Shown here in pieces: positions 1 through 11,440 of a stretch of 64,000 bases of DNA; the first letter of the stretch is position 1, and each line of letters starts with the position of its first letter. The notes beneath the pieces are model-generated. The model had not been told where the DNA came from and did no database searches. It saw only the letters and a program-made list of their open reading frames with translations. The position numbers and the translations under genes were made by a program. This stretch comes from Leidyana gryllorum EB-2025a (Eukaryota > Protista > Apicomplexa): NCBI GenBank assembly GCA_048772705.1, contig JBLWGC010000185.1, positions 62,001 through 126,000 of the forward strand. The letters are read 5' to 3'.

Positions 1-917
1 AGAACGAGCGCAATAGTCTCAATGATATCACTCAAACCGGCGACGAGTTCTTCCGACCCAAAGTCGTCTCTCTCGACGATCCCGATGTCTCCACGATGGT
101 CAACTTTTATGGCCTCTCCAAGGATTGCAAACTCGCCCCTGTCGAGTCCCCGAGACTCATCAAAGACTCCCAACCCAGGACGCCCAGATACACCTACACA
201 TTCGTCGATCCGCGCGGAGAAGAACGCTTGGATTTGGTCCACGGATACCGCCGATTCCCTCTCCTCCGCAAAGAGGACATGGAAACTAAGCTGTATTTGA
301 CTACACCTCGACTTATAGATATGGCCATGGCCATGAGAGCGCCTGTCCGCGCCCTGCAGTACGGTGTCAAGGCTTTCGACCGCTTGGACGATCGCTTCGC
401 ACAGGCTTCTGGCTCGCCCTTCAGACCAATGATGGAAGCGGCCCCATGGCTGATACCTTTCATGAGACGCAGAGTCTTGTTCGCCACTTACAAGGCTGTT
501 GAAGAAATGTTGGAGGCCGAGTGGAACTCACACAAATTGCTCGAGCTCGAAGCCGATGGGGCAGTTGCCAATGTCGATTCCATCCGTCAGCAGCGATCTG
601 ATGGGGAGGGGGCTTGGCTTGAGCCAGGTGGAGCGTACTTGATTGCGTGTAACGAGTTTGAGGCCTTGGCAGCTTCCAACTCCTCAGAGCCTCCGCGGCA
701 ACTTGGATGCCTTCGAATCCCATGCTTGCTGAGTCTGGCCGGCAATATGCAAGCATTGGTTAAGAAACAGGTCAAGGACGCCATTCTGCTTCATCTCGGT
801 GGCGGAAGTCCAATCACCTTCCGAGGCGAGAACGAAGGGGAAACATCAGAGATACAGACTCAAGACGACGCAAGTCTTGCACCTCCCACCGAGGGAACCT
901 TAGACAATGATGATTAG
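1..917 (+). CDS. Hypothetical protein, 5'-truncated by the window edge
   Basis: The frame of ORF 96..917 is open back to base 3. No recognisable motif. Confidence 0.6.
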   Translation, partial: NERNSLNDITQTGDEFFRPKVVSLDDPDVSTMVNFYGLSKDCKLAPVESPRLIKDSQPRTPRYTYTFVDPRGEERLDLVHGYRRFPLLRKEDMETKLYLTTPRLIDMAMAMRAPVRALQYGVKAFDRLDDRFAQASGSPFRPMMEAAPWLIPFMRRRVLFATYKAVEEMLEAEWNSHKLLELEADGAVANVDSIRQQRSDGEGAWLEPGGAYLIACNEFEALAASNSSEPPRQLGCLRIPCLLSLAGNMQALVKKQVKDAILLHLGGGSPITFRGENEGETSEIQTQDDASLAPPTEGTLDNDD

Positions 918-986
918 ACCCTGCAGTTAGACATACTGAATCACAGAACTGATCTACCCCAAAAAGAACAATTCTCATCGTCAGCG

Positions 987-2819
987 ATGAGTAGCGGTCA
1001 ATTGAAGGTGGGCACTGTCCTCGCCAGTACCCTATCAGGTGGCATTGGATGGCGTGGAAAGCTCCCTTGGCGTATATCTGAGGTGAATGGTGTCTACCAC
1101 ACACGTGTGGCAACCAGGTGTTTGTGTAGGACCTCAAGCACTTTGAGCATATAACTACAGCAAAGGGCTGTCGTCGTAATGTGAAAGGCGTCAATGGTGT
1201 ACTGATGGGAAGGAAGACGTGGGAAAGCTTGCCAAAGAAGCCTCTGCCCGGTCGACGAAATGTAGTTGTGTCAAACAGTCTGGAGCCTTCTGTGGACGAC
1301 AAATATAAGGTTGTCAAGTCTATTGAGGAGGGACTGAGTGTTCTGGAACAGGAAGGAATCAAGACTGTGTATATTACTGGTGAGGCTGACGTGACATTAT
1401 CTAGTGTTTGGTGATTCTGCTCTCTTATGCGCAGGTGGCGGGGCTCTGTACGATGTGGCACACTCGGAGGGGTTGGCTGACAGGGTGTACTGGACGCGTG
1501 TATGTGGTTCTAAGATTAAGACGGATGCCAAGATTGACGTGGAGCACCTGCTGGCGAATTACCACGTGATTGCGATCAGCAAGACGCTGGGTGTGAAGGA
1601 CAAGTTGTCATACGACTTTTGTGTGTTGAAGAAGAGCAGCGAGGCTGACAAGAAACAGACCCTTGAAATGTCGTGGACTCCGCTGGAGGATCCATCTCGT
1701 AGCACATCGATGCCGATTATCCATCCACGACAACCTGGAGGGTTACCTCTGTTGCGTCGGTATAAGCATGATGAGTTTCAGTACCTGACGATTATGGAGG
1801 AGATCCTGGACAAGGGACTGTCAATGGACGATCGGACGGGTGTTGGGACAGTGGCCAAGTTTGGAACGATGATGCGATACGATTTGTCTCAGAGCTTTCC
1901 AATGTTGACGACGAAGCGTGTTTACTGGAAGGGTGTGTTGGTTGAGCTGCTTTGGTTTCTGCAGGGTCGGACGGACGCTAAGTATCTGGCGGAGCGGGAC
2001 GTCCACATCTGGGACGCCAATGGATCGCGGGAGTTCCTTGACGGACGAGGCCTGAAGGATCGAGCGGAGGGCGACTTGGGCCCTGTGTATGGGTTCCAAT
2101 GGCGGCACTTTGGGGCGCCCTACAAAACCTGCAATGACGACTATTCGGTGAGTTGGGGCGATCTGTGTGCCTCGGGCCGGTTTCTCTAAAAGAGACGTTC
2201 CATTGCATATCCGGCGGCAGGGCAAGGGATACGACCAAGTTATGGATGTGATCAACACCATCAAGAAGGACCCGACATCGCGGCGATTGATCGTATCGGC
2301 CTGGAACCCGGCCGCTCTGCACGAGATGGCCCTCCCACCGTGTCATATGATGTGTCAGTTCATGGTGGACCCCAAAGCGAAGGAGTTGTCTTGTCTAATG
2401 TTCCAGAGGTCTGCCGATTGGGGACTGGGCGTACCGTTCAACATTGCGTCGTATGCACTCCTCTGCCGGATAATCGCACAGCAAACGGGTCTCAAAGCGA
2501 AAGAGTTCGTCCACGTCTGTGGAAACGCCCACGTCTACAAGAACCACATAGAGCCCCTCAAGGTGAGAGTCTCTTTGCGCGTCTCCGGCCTATATAGTGT
2601 GTGTGTGTGTGAAATAGGAGCAGCTGACGCGGCTGCCTCGGCCGTTCCCGCAGCTGATAATCGATCCGAAAGTGAAGGTGAGGCCCAATTCTCTCTTCTC
2701 AAATTGACTTCTGCACCATTGTTGCCGCGCAACAGAGTATCGATGAGTACGAACCGAAACACTTCCAATTGGTTGGATATGAGCCGTGGCCGACGATTAA
2801 AATGGATATGGCGGTATAA
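987..2819 (+). CDS. DHFR-TS: Bifunctional dihydrofolate reductase-thymidylate synthase, 6 exons
   Basis: ATG 987. GT-AG introns 1083-1129, 1380-1434, 2148-2220, 2563-2617, 2678-2735 restore the frame. DHFR motifs [15 protein letters not shown] and [11 protein letters not shown] motifs [40 protein letters not shown] and C-terminal MDMAV. Confidence 0.97.
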
Positions 2820-2873
2820 AAAGCTTAGGGGGGGTTGGAAGGTGTGAGAGAGAGAGAGACAGACAGACAGATT

Positions 2874-4466
2874 ATGATTTATCACGATTATGGGGACAAT
2901 TACAGTTCTTCGGTCAGCTGGACGAGTCCGGGGCTTTATCCAACAAAACCGGTACAATCCCTCACCGAGAGTACTGCGGCTCCGCCGTTGATTGCCGCTC
3001 ACCAACGTCTGTCGTCGTGGGGCGATGACGTCCCTCGGCCCGCGAGTCAACCCGCTGCCAAGCCGCAGATTCCCGAGATAGTGTACCGTATGCCAGCGGA
3101 AGAAGACGACCGGTGTTACTATGATCAGCACGAGCAGCCACTCTATGGCACGAGAGGGAGTCCGGGTTTGGCGAGCGTCAAGTCTAACTATACAACGCCC
3201 GTCACCCCCTCTGTGGGGGTGAGTAGCCACCATCAAACCTATGGCCGGCCGACTATTGATTTGTGTCGCAGTAAAGGGGTCGCCGCCGGTCAGACACCAA
3301 CGGCTGCTCCTCAAGTGTATCAGTTTATTAACAATGGGCCGAGCTATAATGTGACGCTGACTGATAACAATAATAATGGGCACAATATGGTCTCAAAGGC
3401 AATGAATAGCGCTTTCCTGCCAACTCCGCCTCTCGCCCTCTCATCGATGATGCAGCCGGCGGCGGCCGATCTTCGTGGGTCCCGCAGCAGTGTGACTCGG
3501 TCCTCTGACTATCAGGCGAACTATATGACGTCCTCTCTGTCGAGTATCATTGGAGGCGGATGGGAACGGAGAACGTCCCCAAAGCAATTAGCGGTCACTC
3601 AGCAGATCAATATGCCGAGCCGCCGACACACCACCGCTACGACGACGACCACCACCACTGATATTCCGAGAATTGTCGGTTTGGGGGCCGCAGTGTCCCG
3701 ACTGTCCACAACCGGAGGCGGAGACACGGCCGTCAAATCGCGGACCAAACGGCTCAGACCGGTCCACGGCACTCCCGCCAGCTCGGGCATGAAGTCTCCC
3801 CCGGCCACCACTGCAAACAGCCGCAGTACAGCGACTCGCCGCAGTACAGCAACCGGTTCCCCCAAAGCCCTTTACACAAAGGCCTCTTCACACACGCGGT
3901 CCCCTAAGGGGGACGCGAGCAACAGTAATCTGGACATTGAGTTTTGGTCGGCTGAATGGGTGGACAGCGAGTCGGAGATTACTATTCGGAAGAAAAGTTT
4001 GGCCAGTCGACTGTTGACGGCCACCGGGACTGCGACAACGACCAGCGCGACTGACGAGACGCCCACCTGGCGGTCCATACCATCGCCTCCCCCAAATGTT
4101 CGAGCTCGAGGAATGTCCCCCCGAAGGTCCGCAGCGATGATTCAGGAGGAAGTCTGGTCTGATTTGGTGCCCCACAGTCGAATGCCGAGCAGTTCGTCCT
4201 TTGTGTCGAGACCGCCGGTCTCGATGCTCAAAAGATCCGCGAGACGCAAAGGGAAGAGGAAATCAGCTGCGACGGCCGCGACGGCGACGCAGTCGAAGGC
4301 AAAGGCAAAGGCAAAATCCCCCTCAACGCGGAAGAGAGGGGTCGAAGGCGCAGTACCGCGGGTCGCCCGGGCAGCCGATCCGCCGTACACTCTGAATGTG
4401 TCACAGATATCGTGGAGTGAGTGTGCGCAAGTTGGCTATTGGAAACAGGTTTTCTGTTGTGAATGA
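2874..4466 (+). CDS. Hypothetical low-complexity Ser/Thr/Pro/Arg-rich protein
   Basis: About 530-codon ORF, first ATG 2874, basic C-terminal part. 3' end may be spliced. Confidence 0.6.
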   Translation: MIYHDYGDNYSSSVSWTSPGLYPTKPVQSLTESTAAPPLIAAHQRLSSWGDDVPRPASQPAAKPQIPEIVYRMPAEEDDRCYYDQHEQPLYGTRGSPGLASVKSNYTTPVTPSVGVSSHHQTYGRPTIDLCRSKGVAAGQTPTAAPQVYQFINNGPSYNVTLTDNNNNGHNMVSKAMNSAFLPTPPLALSSMMQPAAADLRGSRSSVTRSSDYQANYMTSSLSSIIGGGWERRTSPKQLAVTQQINMPSRRHTTATTTTTTTDIPRIVGLGAAVSRLSTTGGGDTAVKSRTKRLRPVHGTPASSGMKSPPATTANSRSTATRRSTATGSPKALYTKASSHTRSPKGDASNSNLDIEFWSAEWVDSESEITIRKKSLASRLLTATGTATTTSATDETPTWRSIPSPPPNVRARGMSPRRSAAMIQEEVWSDLVPHSRMPSSSSFVSRPPVSMLKRSARRKGKRKSAATAATATQSKAKAKAKSPSTRKRGVEGAVPRVARAADPPYTLNVSQISWSECAQVGYWKQVFCCE

Positions 4467-4496
4467 TAAAGTCGCAGCCCGAGTTGTTTAGATCAC

Positions 4497-4567
4497 CGCT
4501 CGCTCGCTCGCTCGCTCGTCTGACGGTCGCTCACTCTCTCACTCACTCTCACTCACTCACTCACTAA
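4497..4567. repeat. (CGCT)n plus (CACT/CTCA)n microsatellite between convergent genes
   Basis: cgctcgctcgctcgctcg followed by actcactctcactcactcactcac. Confidence 0.8.
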
Positions 4568-4579
4568 CTGCCACCGACC

Positions 4580-6529
4580 TCAGCAACGCTCAAAGGCGGC
4601 CAGAAGTTTGGGAAGTCCAGCGATGACACGGATGGGTATTATAGAGGAGGCTGACAGGTCGCGGTCCCCGTCGAGTTGATCGACCACGAGGGTCGGTTCC
4701 ATCTGGCGAGCTGTGGAGCGTACGGCAGAGAAGAGGTATTCGGAGGCGGCGGATCGGCGGCTTTGGTGAGCCGCTGAGAGCCAATTGGCGCTCTCAAGTT
4801 GAAACAATTTGGACGCGAGAGACTGTGGAGTGGTGTCTTTGCCGCTCGGTGACAACATCCATTGGATCCAGCCGCCAATGTCGGGACTGTCAGTGATCGC
4901 ACGCATAAACATCAATTTTGAAAACACTCACTCTAAGTATAGCAGCGGAACCGTCTCCAGGTGGAGGAGAGGGGTCTCGGTGACGCTGAGAGGGCCTCTC
5001 TTCAAGTTTGACACCCCGCCCTCCGACGGCACACCCGCTGCTTCCAGGAAGGGTGACAGGCCAACGGGAGGGCTGAGACGCGCCGTTTTGACAAAACGCG
5101 GACTCCTTTCGTCGGCAAAGTCGCGTTCCAACAGGTCTGCGTGCGACACCACCACCACAGGTTATCAAATGACTGAAAAGAAACGCGCTCACGCTGGATG
5201 AAAGGTCGAAGATCGGCGATCATCAAATTCCGTTCGTACGAGAGTACTGCAACACCGAGTTCAACAAATCCAATCAGATGGATAGTGTCCCAGAAGTGTT
5301 GAGAAGAGATTTTGTCCTGTTGAATTTGATCAATAATGTGTTCGGCGGTGACCATGTTGGGAGAGGGAGAGGGTGTGGCAGCGGCAACGGAGGACGAGAG
5401 AGTATCATTGGGGGTCTTGGGTTGTTTGGAGGGTCGGATCTGAAGGTTTGTGAGCTGAGTGGCGTTGTGGAGTTGAGTTCGTATGGCGGTGACCAGAGAA
5501 GAGATTATATGGGGCTCGTCTTTGCAAACAAACTTGGATTTCGCCGGGTCCGCATTCGGATCGATGATGTTCGGCGGCAGACGCACAGACAGATATACGA
5601 ATATCAGCCGTTCCTTTGGAACGCATTCATTGTACATTAGGCGCAGAGCGCGTCTGACAGGCGGGGCAAAGAGTGTGTGTGGGCAAAGAGACCGTTGCGT
5701 CGCACCTGATGCCTGGCCATTGGACTGGTCGGTTATTGACAAAGACTGTAAAGTGTGAGATCTCTTTGACATTTCTGTCGGGTGTCGCTACGGGCGACAG
5801 GAGGCCTTCGGCGTCATAGACAGTGTCTGAATCAGTGAATTCGACGAGTGTATTGGCCAAGTTGGTACTGAACAGTTTTCCGATAACAGTCCTTTTGCTG
5901 TCGATGCATCGGTCCTTTTGCGCTTTGGTGGCGAGGACAGTGGTGGCCGTTGTGGTGGCATCAGAGACAGTGAAAGAACAGTCGGAGAAGTGGATAGCGA
6001 TGTCGGTGAGCATTTCTACGATAGCCGCGCGTTCATTGTTGGCGTCGCCGAGTCGACGTCGATGGGGATGCTGCCGAAACAGATTCAGGACTGTCACCAC
6101 AGTCCCTCGCGGCATAGCCTGCGGTTTGGAGGATATGAGGGCTCCATTGGCGTATTGAGCGCAGAACCCGCGAGTGGCGGCGGCTGTCTTGGATGCGACA
6201 CTGAGATCACTCGTGTAGCTTAGCACCGATAAGGCCTCTCCCCGGAACCCAAAGGTAGAAAGCGCTGAGATATCAGCGTGAGTGGCGATTTTACTCGTCG
6301 AGTAGCGTTCACATAATTTCGATTTGTCATTCTCGTCAATGCCGGTGCCATTATCAGTGACTTGGATCGTTCCATAGCCTCCCTGTTTCAAAAGGATTCT
6401 AACACTCGTCGCTTCCGCATCGAGGGAATTGTCAATAAGTTCCTTGACGACATTTCGGGGATAATTGTAAATCTCTCCCGCCGCTATCAACTTGACACTC
6501 TCATCATCGAGAGTTCGGATCTTTGCCAT
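4580..6529 (-). CDS. MLH1: DNA mismatch repair protein MLH1, 4 exons
   Basis: GHKL ATPase motifs IAAGE..VVKELIDNSLDA, DNGTGI and TFGFRGEAL. MLH1-diagnostic C-terminal FERC. Three GT-AG introns, near 5654-5705, 5137-5192 and 4887-4931. Confidence 0.93.
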
Positions 6530-6570
6530 CACAAAAATAGTATTTCACACTGTGTGGGCGGACACTGGGG
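6530..6570. promoter_or_regulatory. Candidate bidirectional micro-promoter (41 bp) with CAAAAAT
   Basis: Spacer between divergent ATGs of MLH1 and the ORC3-like gene. CAAAAAT at 6532-6538, CACACTGTGTG at 6546-6556. Confidence 0.5.
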
Positions 6571-8253
6571 ATGACGACCTATGATATGTACCAACGGTTT
6601 CTCACTCAACTCGATTTAGAACCCCTCCCCCTCAACACACCACCCGTCACCGTCACCACAATCCCTCGGCCTTCCACAGGACGGAAGAACACTAACAACA
6701 GCCTCCAACCCGATGACATGGAGGACGACAGCTCGCAGTCCCAACCGGTAGACGACGAAATCCGACGCTATTTCTCCTCCGACCTCCACGGAGACCCCCG
6801 AATACCGCTCTTACTGCGAGGCTGGAACTGTTCGCAGGCCCAGGCGGTCCGAGACGCCGACCATTTGGCCCGAATCTTAGACCCCGCGGCCTTTGCCGTC
6901 CTCCGGTACTCTTCAGGAGACTCACTGGACGATCTGCTGGACGCCATTATCGATTTAGGCCCCAATGAGAGCGCCCAGGCCACCTCGGCGGGCGAGTTCA
7001 GAAGCAGCGACGAGGACGTCGACGATGACGATGACACACTCTCACACATTACAGGCCGCGCTGACAGCCGATCGCAGTGCAGTCGGAGGTCTCAGTACAG
7101 TCGGCGGTCTCAGCACAGTCAGAAGACGGCGTCACGGGGTGTAACCGGTGGACAGCCGACGCGGGGGAGACGTCTGGCTGCCGAGAAGGCAATGTCGAGT
7201 TTTGCCCGGAAACGCTCTAACGCGTCGGCCAGCGGCTACTCCTCCTCTACGGCTAACCTCAAATATCACCCATCTCTGCACTCCGAGTCTGACTTTTGTC
7301 CCGAAGACGAGGACGACGACGAAGAGATCGATGAGATCGATCACTCTTTCGATGACGAGAGCGATGAGTATTACGACGACGACGACGAGGAGGAGGAGGA
7401 GGACGACAATGTTAACGATCCCGACCGGGGATGCACAGTGGAGCTGAGTGTGAGAGCGCCGTGTGATGTTATTGATGTGGTGCTGTCGTCGGCGTCCCCC
7501 TCAATGGTGAGGGAACAGCGACGGCGTCGGCGAGCGGAAGCGGGAGCGGATTCGGGCGATCCGTCCGATCCGTCGTGGTCGACTCCGACCATCAAGGGTT
7601 TGACAATGGCGATTCAGTGTTTGAATTGTTCGGGAAGGCGACTTATTGTCATAATGGATAACGCTGACTATGTTACCCGGGGCGAATGGTTGGATTTGAC
7701 AGAGTTTCTGAGTGCGTTGAGCAAACGTAATTTGCGATTGGGCGTCGTGGCTATCTATGCGACATCAATAGGACTGATAAGTGCCAAGCTGGGGGTGGAA
7801 GGTGCGGATGTGTATACAGTGCGATGGCGTCGGGGGAGTATATATTGCGGTTCAGCGCTTCCCCCGGTGGACAAAGGCGACCCTTTGCCACTGTACGCGC
7901 CGGCGGTGTCGACGGTGAATCAGTATCCGGAAGTGATTGTGAATTTGTTTCTGAATCTGCGGAGGTCACAGACATCCGCAACAGTGAATGGTTTGAATCT
8001 GTATCTACAGTGGTTAAAACAGGAAGAACTGTTTGATCTTAAAGCCTCAGAATCTGAGCAGAATCGATGCAAATGTCGTCGGTGCAGTCTGGGAGTGTTT
8101 CTACTCCAGCTGTTTTTGATCGAGAAGTCTGGACTGGTGACACTGAAAGTTACGAAAGGAAGTTTGGCGATGGCCGCAAACTCCAACAAACGTCCCAGCG
8201 GCTCCATCGATATGGACGTCGCCAAACTCTTAGAAACACTCAGTATAGCGTGA
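6571..8253 (+). CDS. Divergent ORC3-like protein (origin recognition complex subunit 3 N-terminal-like) with an acidic insertion
   Basis: RIPLLLRGWN resembles ORC3 'EIPtaall.GvN'. LIVIMDNAD...LGVVAIYATS resembles the degenerate Walker B and 'lifGiATs' segment of ORC3. Long D/E tract. Confidence 0.4.
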   Translation: MTTYDMYQRFLTQLDLEPLPLNTPPVTVTTIPRPSTGRKNTNNSLQPDDMEDDSSQSQPVDDEIRRYFSSDLHGDPRIPLLLRGWNCSQAQAVRDADHLARILDPAAFAVLRYSSGDSLDDLLDAIIDLGPNESAQATSAGEFRSSDEDVDDDDDTLSHITGRADSRSQCSRRSQYSRRSQHSQKTASRGVTGGQPTRGRRLAAEKAMSSFARKRSNASASGYSSSTANLKYHPSLHSESDFCPEDEDDDEEIDEIDHSFDDESDEYYDDDDEEEEEDDNVNDPDRGCTVELSVRAPCDVIDVVLSSASPSMVREQRRRRRAEAGADSGDPSDPSWSTPTIKGLTMAIQCLNCSGRRLIVIMDNADYVTRGEWLDLTEFLSALSKRNLRLGVVAIYATSIGLISAKLGVEGADVYTVRWRRGSIYCGSALPPVDKGDPLPLYAPAVSTVNQYPEVIVNLFLNLRRSQTSATVNGLNLYLQWLKQEELFDLKASESEQNRCKCRRCSLGVFLLQLFLIEKSGLVTLKVTKGSLAMAANSNKRPSGSIDMDVAKLLETLSIA

Positions 8254-8357
8254 AATGGTATTTTGAACGACCCGACCTCCAAACTCCAAACAAACACAGA
8301 CAGAACAGAACTCATTGCCATTATCGATCGCCGCCTATGGGGCGACTCTTCCTTCAC

Positions 8358-9161
8358 TCAAAAATGTGATAACATCATCACAGCAATCAGCAGAACGGTA
8401 ATCGTCGTCGAACTCCTCAGCAGAAGACCGCCGCTAAACATCGCGTTGAAAGCAGAATTGGCATTTTGTGAGGATCCGACGAGGTCTCGGCGACCAGTGT
8501 ATTTGACTTGATACTGGATATCCCGAGACTCAACATTTCGGACAGTTCGGCACCCAGTAGGATACTCTATATATATATACGGGGCCTTCCCCTCCAAAAT
8601 CAGATTACTCAAAGTCTCGTCACTGACCACAACTTCTGGAGTGCCGTCCTCTGCTTCCAAGGGAACCTTTTCATTGTCCGAAGGGCCCACTTCGCCCCCC
8701 ACCACTCTGCAGTCGCGTCGGTCCACGGTCAAAGCGTTGGACTCCGAGGGCTGACGCTGCACATAACGCACGTGATAGGGACACTCCTCCGGGGGGGGAC
8801 TCGCTTCGCTCTCGAGGGGGTCAAGTCGAAATGACAGGCGGCCAGACGGCACCGGGTACACAAGTGCACGACCGTGAACGGGAAAAAGCTCCAAGACGTC
8901 AAAACCCATTCGAACAGTCTGCAAAGCCGTGCCAATGACACACGTTGGAAAATGGACAGCCGTCAAGTTGTGCTTCGATATGAATTCGCATTCCGAAGGC
9001 ACACTCAACAGACACTCATTGACCCCCTCCACATTAACGACCTCTCGTTCTGAACAGTACTCTGTCATACATTCCGGGTTCGAGTCTGTCAGAACTACAA
9101 AATTGTAAATGTAACCGCTGCAGCAAACGCTCAGTAATGCCACCAACAGCCAACCATTCAT
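8358..9161 (-). CDS. Cys-rich secreted, probably GPI-anchored surface protein
   Basis: Signal peptide MNGWLLVALLSVCCSG, many Cys, and a hydrophobic C-terminus (TITVLLIAVMMLSHF) preceded by small residues. Confidence 0.65.
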   Translation of the reverse strand: MNGWLLVALLSVCCSGYIYNFVVLTDSNPECMTEYCSEREVVNVEGVNECLLSVPSECEFISKHNLTAVHFPTCVIGTALQTVRMGFDVLELFPVHGRALVYPVPSGRLSFRLDPLESEASPPPEECPYHVRYVQRQPSESNALTVDRRDCRVVGGEVGPSDNEKVPLEAEDGTPEVVVSDETLSNLILEGKAPYIYIEYPTGCRTVRNVESRDIQYQVKYTGRRDLVGSSQNANSAFNAMFSGGLLLRSSTTITVLLIAVMMLSHF

Positions 9162-9200
9162 TCTCCCATAAATATATAACCGTTCCAAAAGAAAAACTAT

Positions 9201-11020
9201 ATGGCAGGCAGGAAAGCCCCCAAATCGGGGAAGTCAAAGAAGGCTCTCGCCAAAGACTTAGTCAAGAAGACCGCCAAGAAACTCAAGAAACTGCAACCAG
9301 CCAATCAAATCGACTTTGACCGTCTCACCTCACTCAAGAAACTCAACTACCAAGATGCCCACACCACCAAAAATGCTAAAGCGGCAAACGCCGATATAGA
9401 AACTCAGCGAACCGTTCACCTCGTCGTCGGAAACCGATCCTGGCCATCACTCCTCAACCTACTCAAAGATGGACTACCCATCAAAAGAATCGAAGCTCTC
9501 ACAGGCATCATGCACCTCATCATTGAGACACCACCCTCCGTCGCCCTCATTGGACCACAACTCTTACAAGCCTTGACCCTCAGGCTCATCGATGATCACG
9601 ATCTCGTTCGTCAATACGCCATCGACGTCGTAGCCGCCGTACTCAAAGCCCTCGAAGAACACGGAGCCCCAGGAGCCATGGAGGCCTTCGGACAAACCAA
9701 TAAATCACTCCTTTGGCTCCAATTGAGAACCATCATGTCCCATATACAACCCCTCAAACGACTAGAGGGCATCAAATTGCTTCATATCTGGCTACGCAGC
9801 GCCACTCCTTCGCTCTTCCAAGATCGCGCATTCATTTTAAGGGTAAGCCGCAGCCTTCAAAGCTCTCACCATATCCTTATCGCTCACAGATATTCCCAAT
9901 GATCTTGTCCCACCTTCCAATCGGGTTGAAACCGGGAAACCTCAAAGGGAAGACCAAAAATGCTGAACAGCAGACCCGGTCCCTCACCATATGGGATGAC
10001 GCTTTTCAGCCTGTCACATCACGCTGGGGACCTATCGTCGCCGCCAATCTTCTCTACCTCTTCTGGGATATGACACGCCCACACCGCGCTTCCGGAGCCC
10101 CTTTTGGAGCCGCCGATGGAGGTCTGGTAACTCAGGTACCTTTTGGGGAGACCCTGGAGCTGGTGCTCAGGCCCAAGTACGAAGCGGAAGAAGAGTGTGT
10201 GCACACGCGAGACAAGGCGCACTGCTATACAATCATGGAGTATGCTGCTAATCTCGTCAGATCCGCCTTGGCAACAGCCGAAGATCCCCAATATCGGAAA
10301 TTAGGTGGCAACAAACTCGCCAATATGGCTCTGGTCGGGGTCTGCATCATGCGGTGGGTGGTCGCCCTTCTCATGCTCAGGTGCAATGTCGCAAGTGATC
10401 GCGTGGATGTAGTGGCTTCGCCCATTGCGAGAACCACCGCCAGTGTCAGACTGGCAACACTGCTGTTCAGGAAACCAGAAGAGAAGGGTTACGTGTCGAC
10501 CGCAGAGTTCTTTGAACACGGACGCCGAGGAAGTATGTTTTTGCAGTGCGTAGCAGATTTGGTCAGGGCTGCTTCCGTGCGTAAGGGTGAGACTGCTGCA
10601 TCCCGAGTTGGTTTAGAGGTCGAAGTTCTCTTGTTGGAGCTACTACTCTGTGAAGACGAGTCTACTATTAGTGGCGGTCGATCTCATCTGGCTTTGAGGT
10701 CAAAAGCAGAGGCCATCGCTGTGACTCTGGCAGATGCTCGGAAAGCCCAGAAGCTCGAGACCGCATCCTCTCCCACTGGAGTATCGACTAACATTAATAG
10801 TAGCGAGTGGGTAGACAGGGACGTAGCAGCCGAGCTTCCCAGCCCGGCACCTCTCACTGGGGAGGTTCTAAAGACTTGTTTTGATGGAAGGGCTTTGCTA
10901 CAGGGCATGGAGGCTGGGGGAGAAGAACATACTCTGAGGTGGCTCGATCAGTGTCGCCCTTTTTTGTCTCGCAGCCAGACGAGTGACACCGACGAAACTG
11001 ACATTGAAGTTGAAGCGTGA
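9201..11020 (+). CDS. IPI1/TEX10-like pre-rRNA processing (Rix1 complex) protein, spliced; 3' end uncertain, may extend to ~11302
   Basis: Basic N-terminus (KKALAKDLVKK..K..N), HEAT-like helices, and TIMSHIQPLKRLEGIKLLHIWL resembling the Ipi1_N 'AMTHi..Ir.ds.k.L' segment. Intron near 9843-9889. Confidence 0.55.
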
Positions 11021-11440
11021 CTACCGGAGGTAAGGGGCTGAGGGGGCACTGCTGATAGTCTCTGGTCACTTGTAGAAAATCGGTATCTAACAAATTCGCA
11101 CCAAGCCTGAACGGAATCTTCCGCCCGTTGACGCCGGAAGAAGGCCCACCAGCACGGTCATACATCACAAAGAGGATCTCACATGCGATCTCAGATAGAA
11201 GATTAGCTTTTCGACCCTCATTGTCAGACGAGCAAAGCTCGCTGTCAGGAGTTCGAAGTGATTCAGGATTGCATCATGCGTCTCGAACATTTGAACATAT
11301 ATAATATGAACATTACTGGCGAACAATGGGTAGAGAAAGTGTAAAACAAAATCAAATAAGTGAGCAAAGACGAATCGGTCAACTGGAAGTACAATGTAAA
11401 TTTGTGCTATACAAATATATTTTTGTTGGGTTGGGTCGCG

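Noticed and set aside
987-2847. Frameshifted or pseudogenised DHFR-TS, or an alternative genetic code
   Set aside because: All breaks are resolved by canonical GT-AG introns under the standard code. The same holds for MLH1, UBC12, PRP4 and RPS27.
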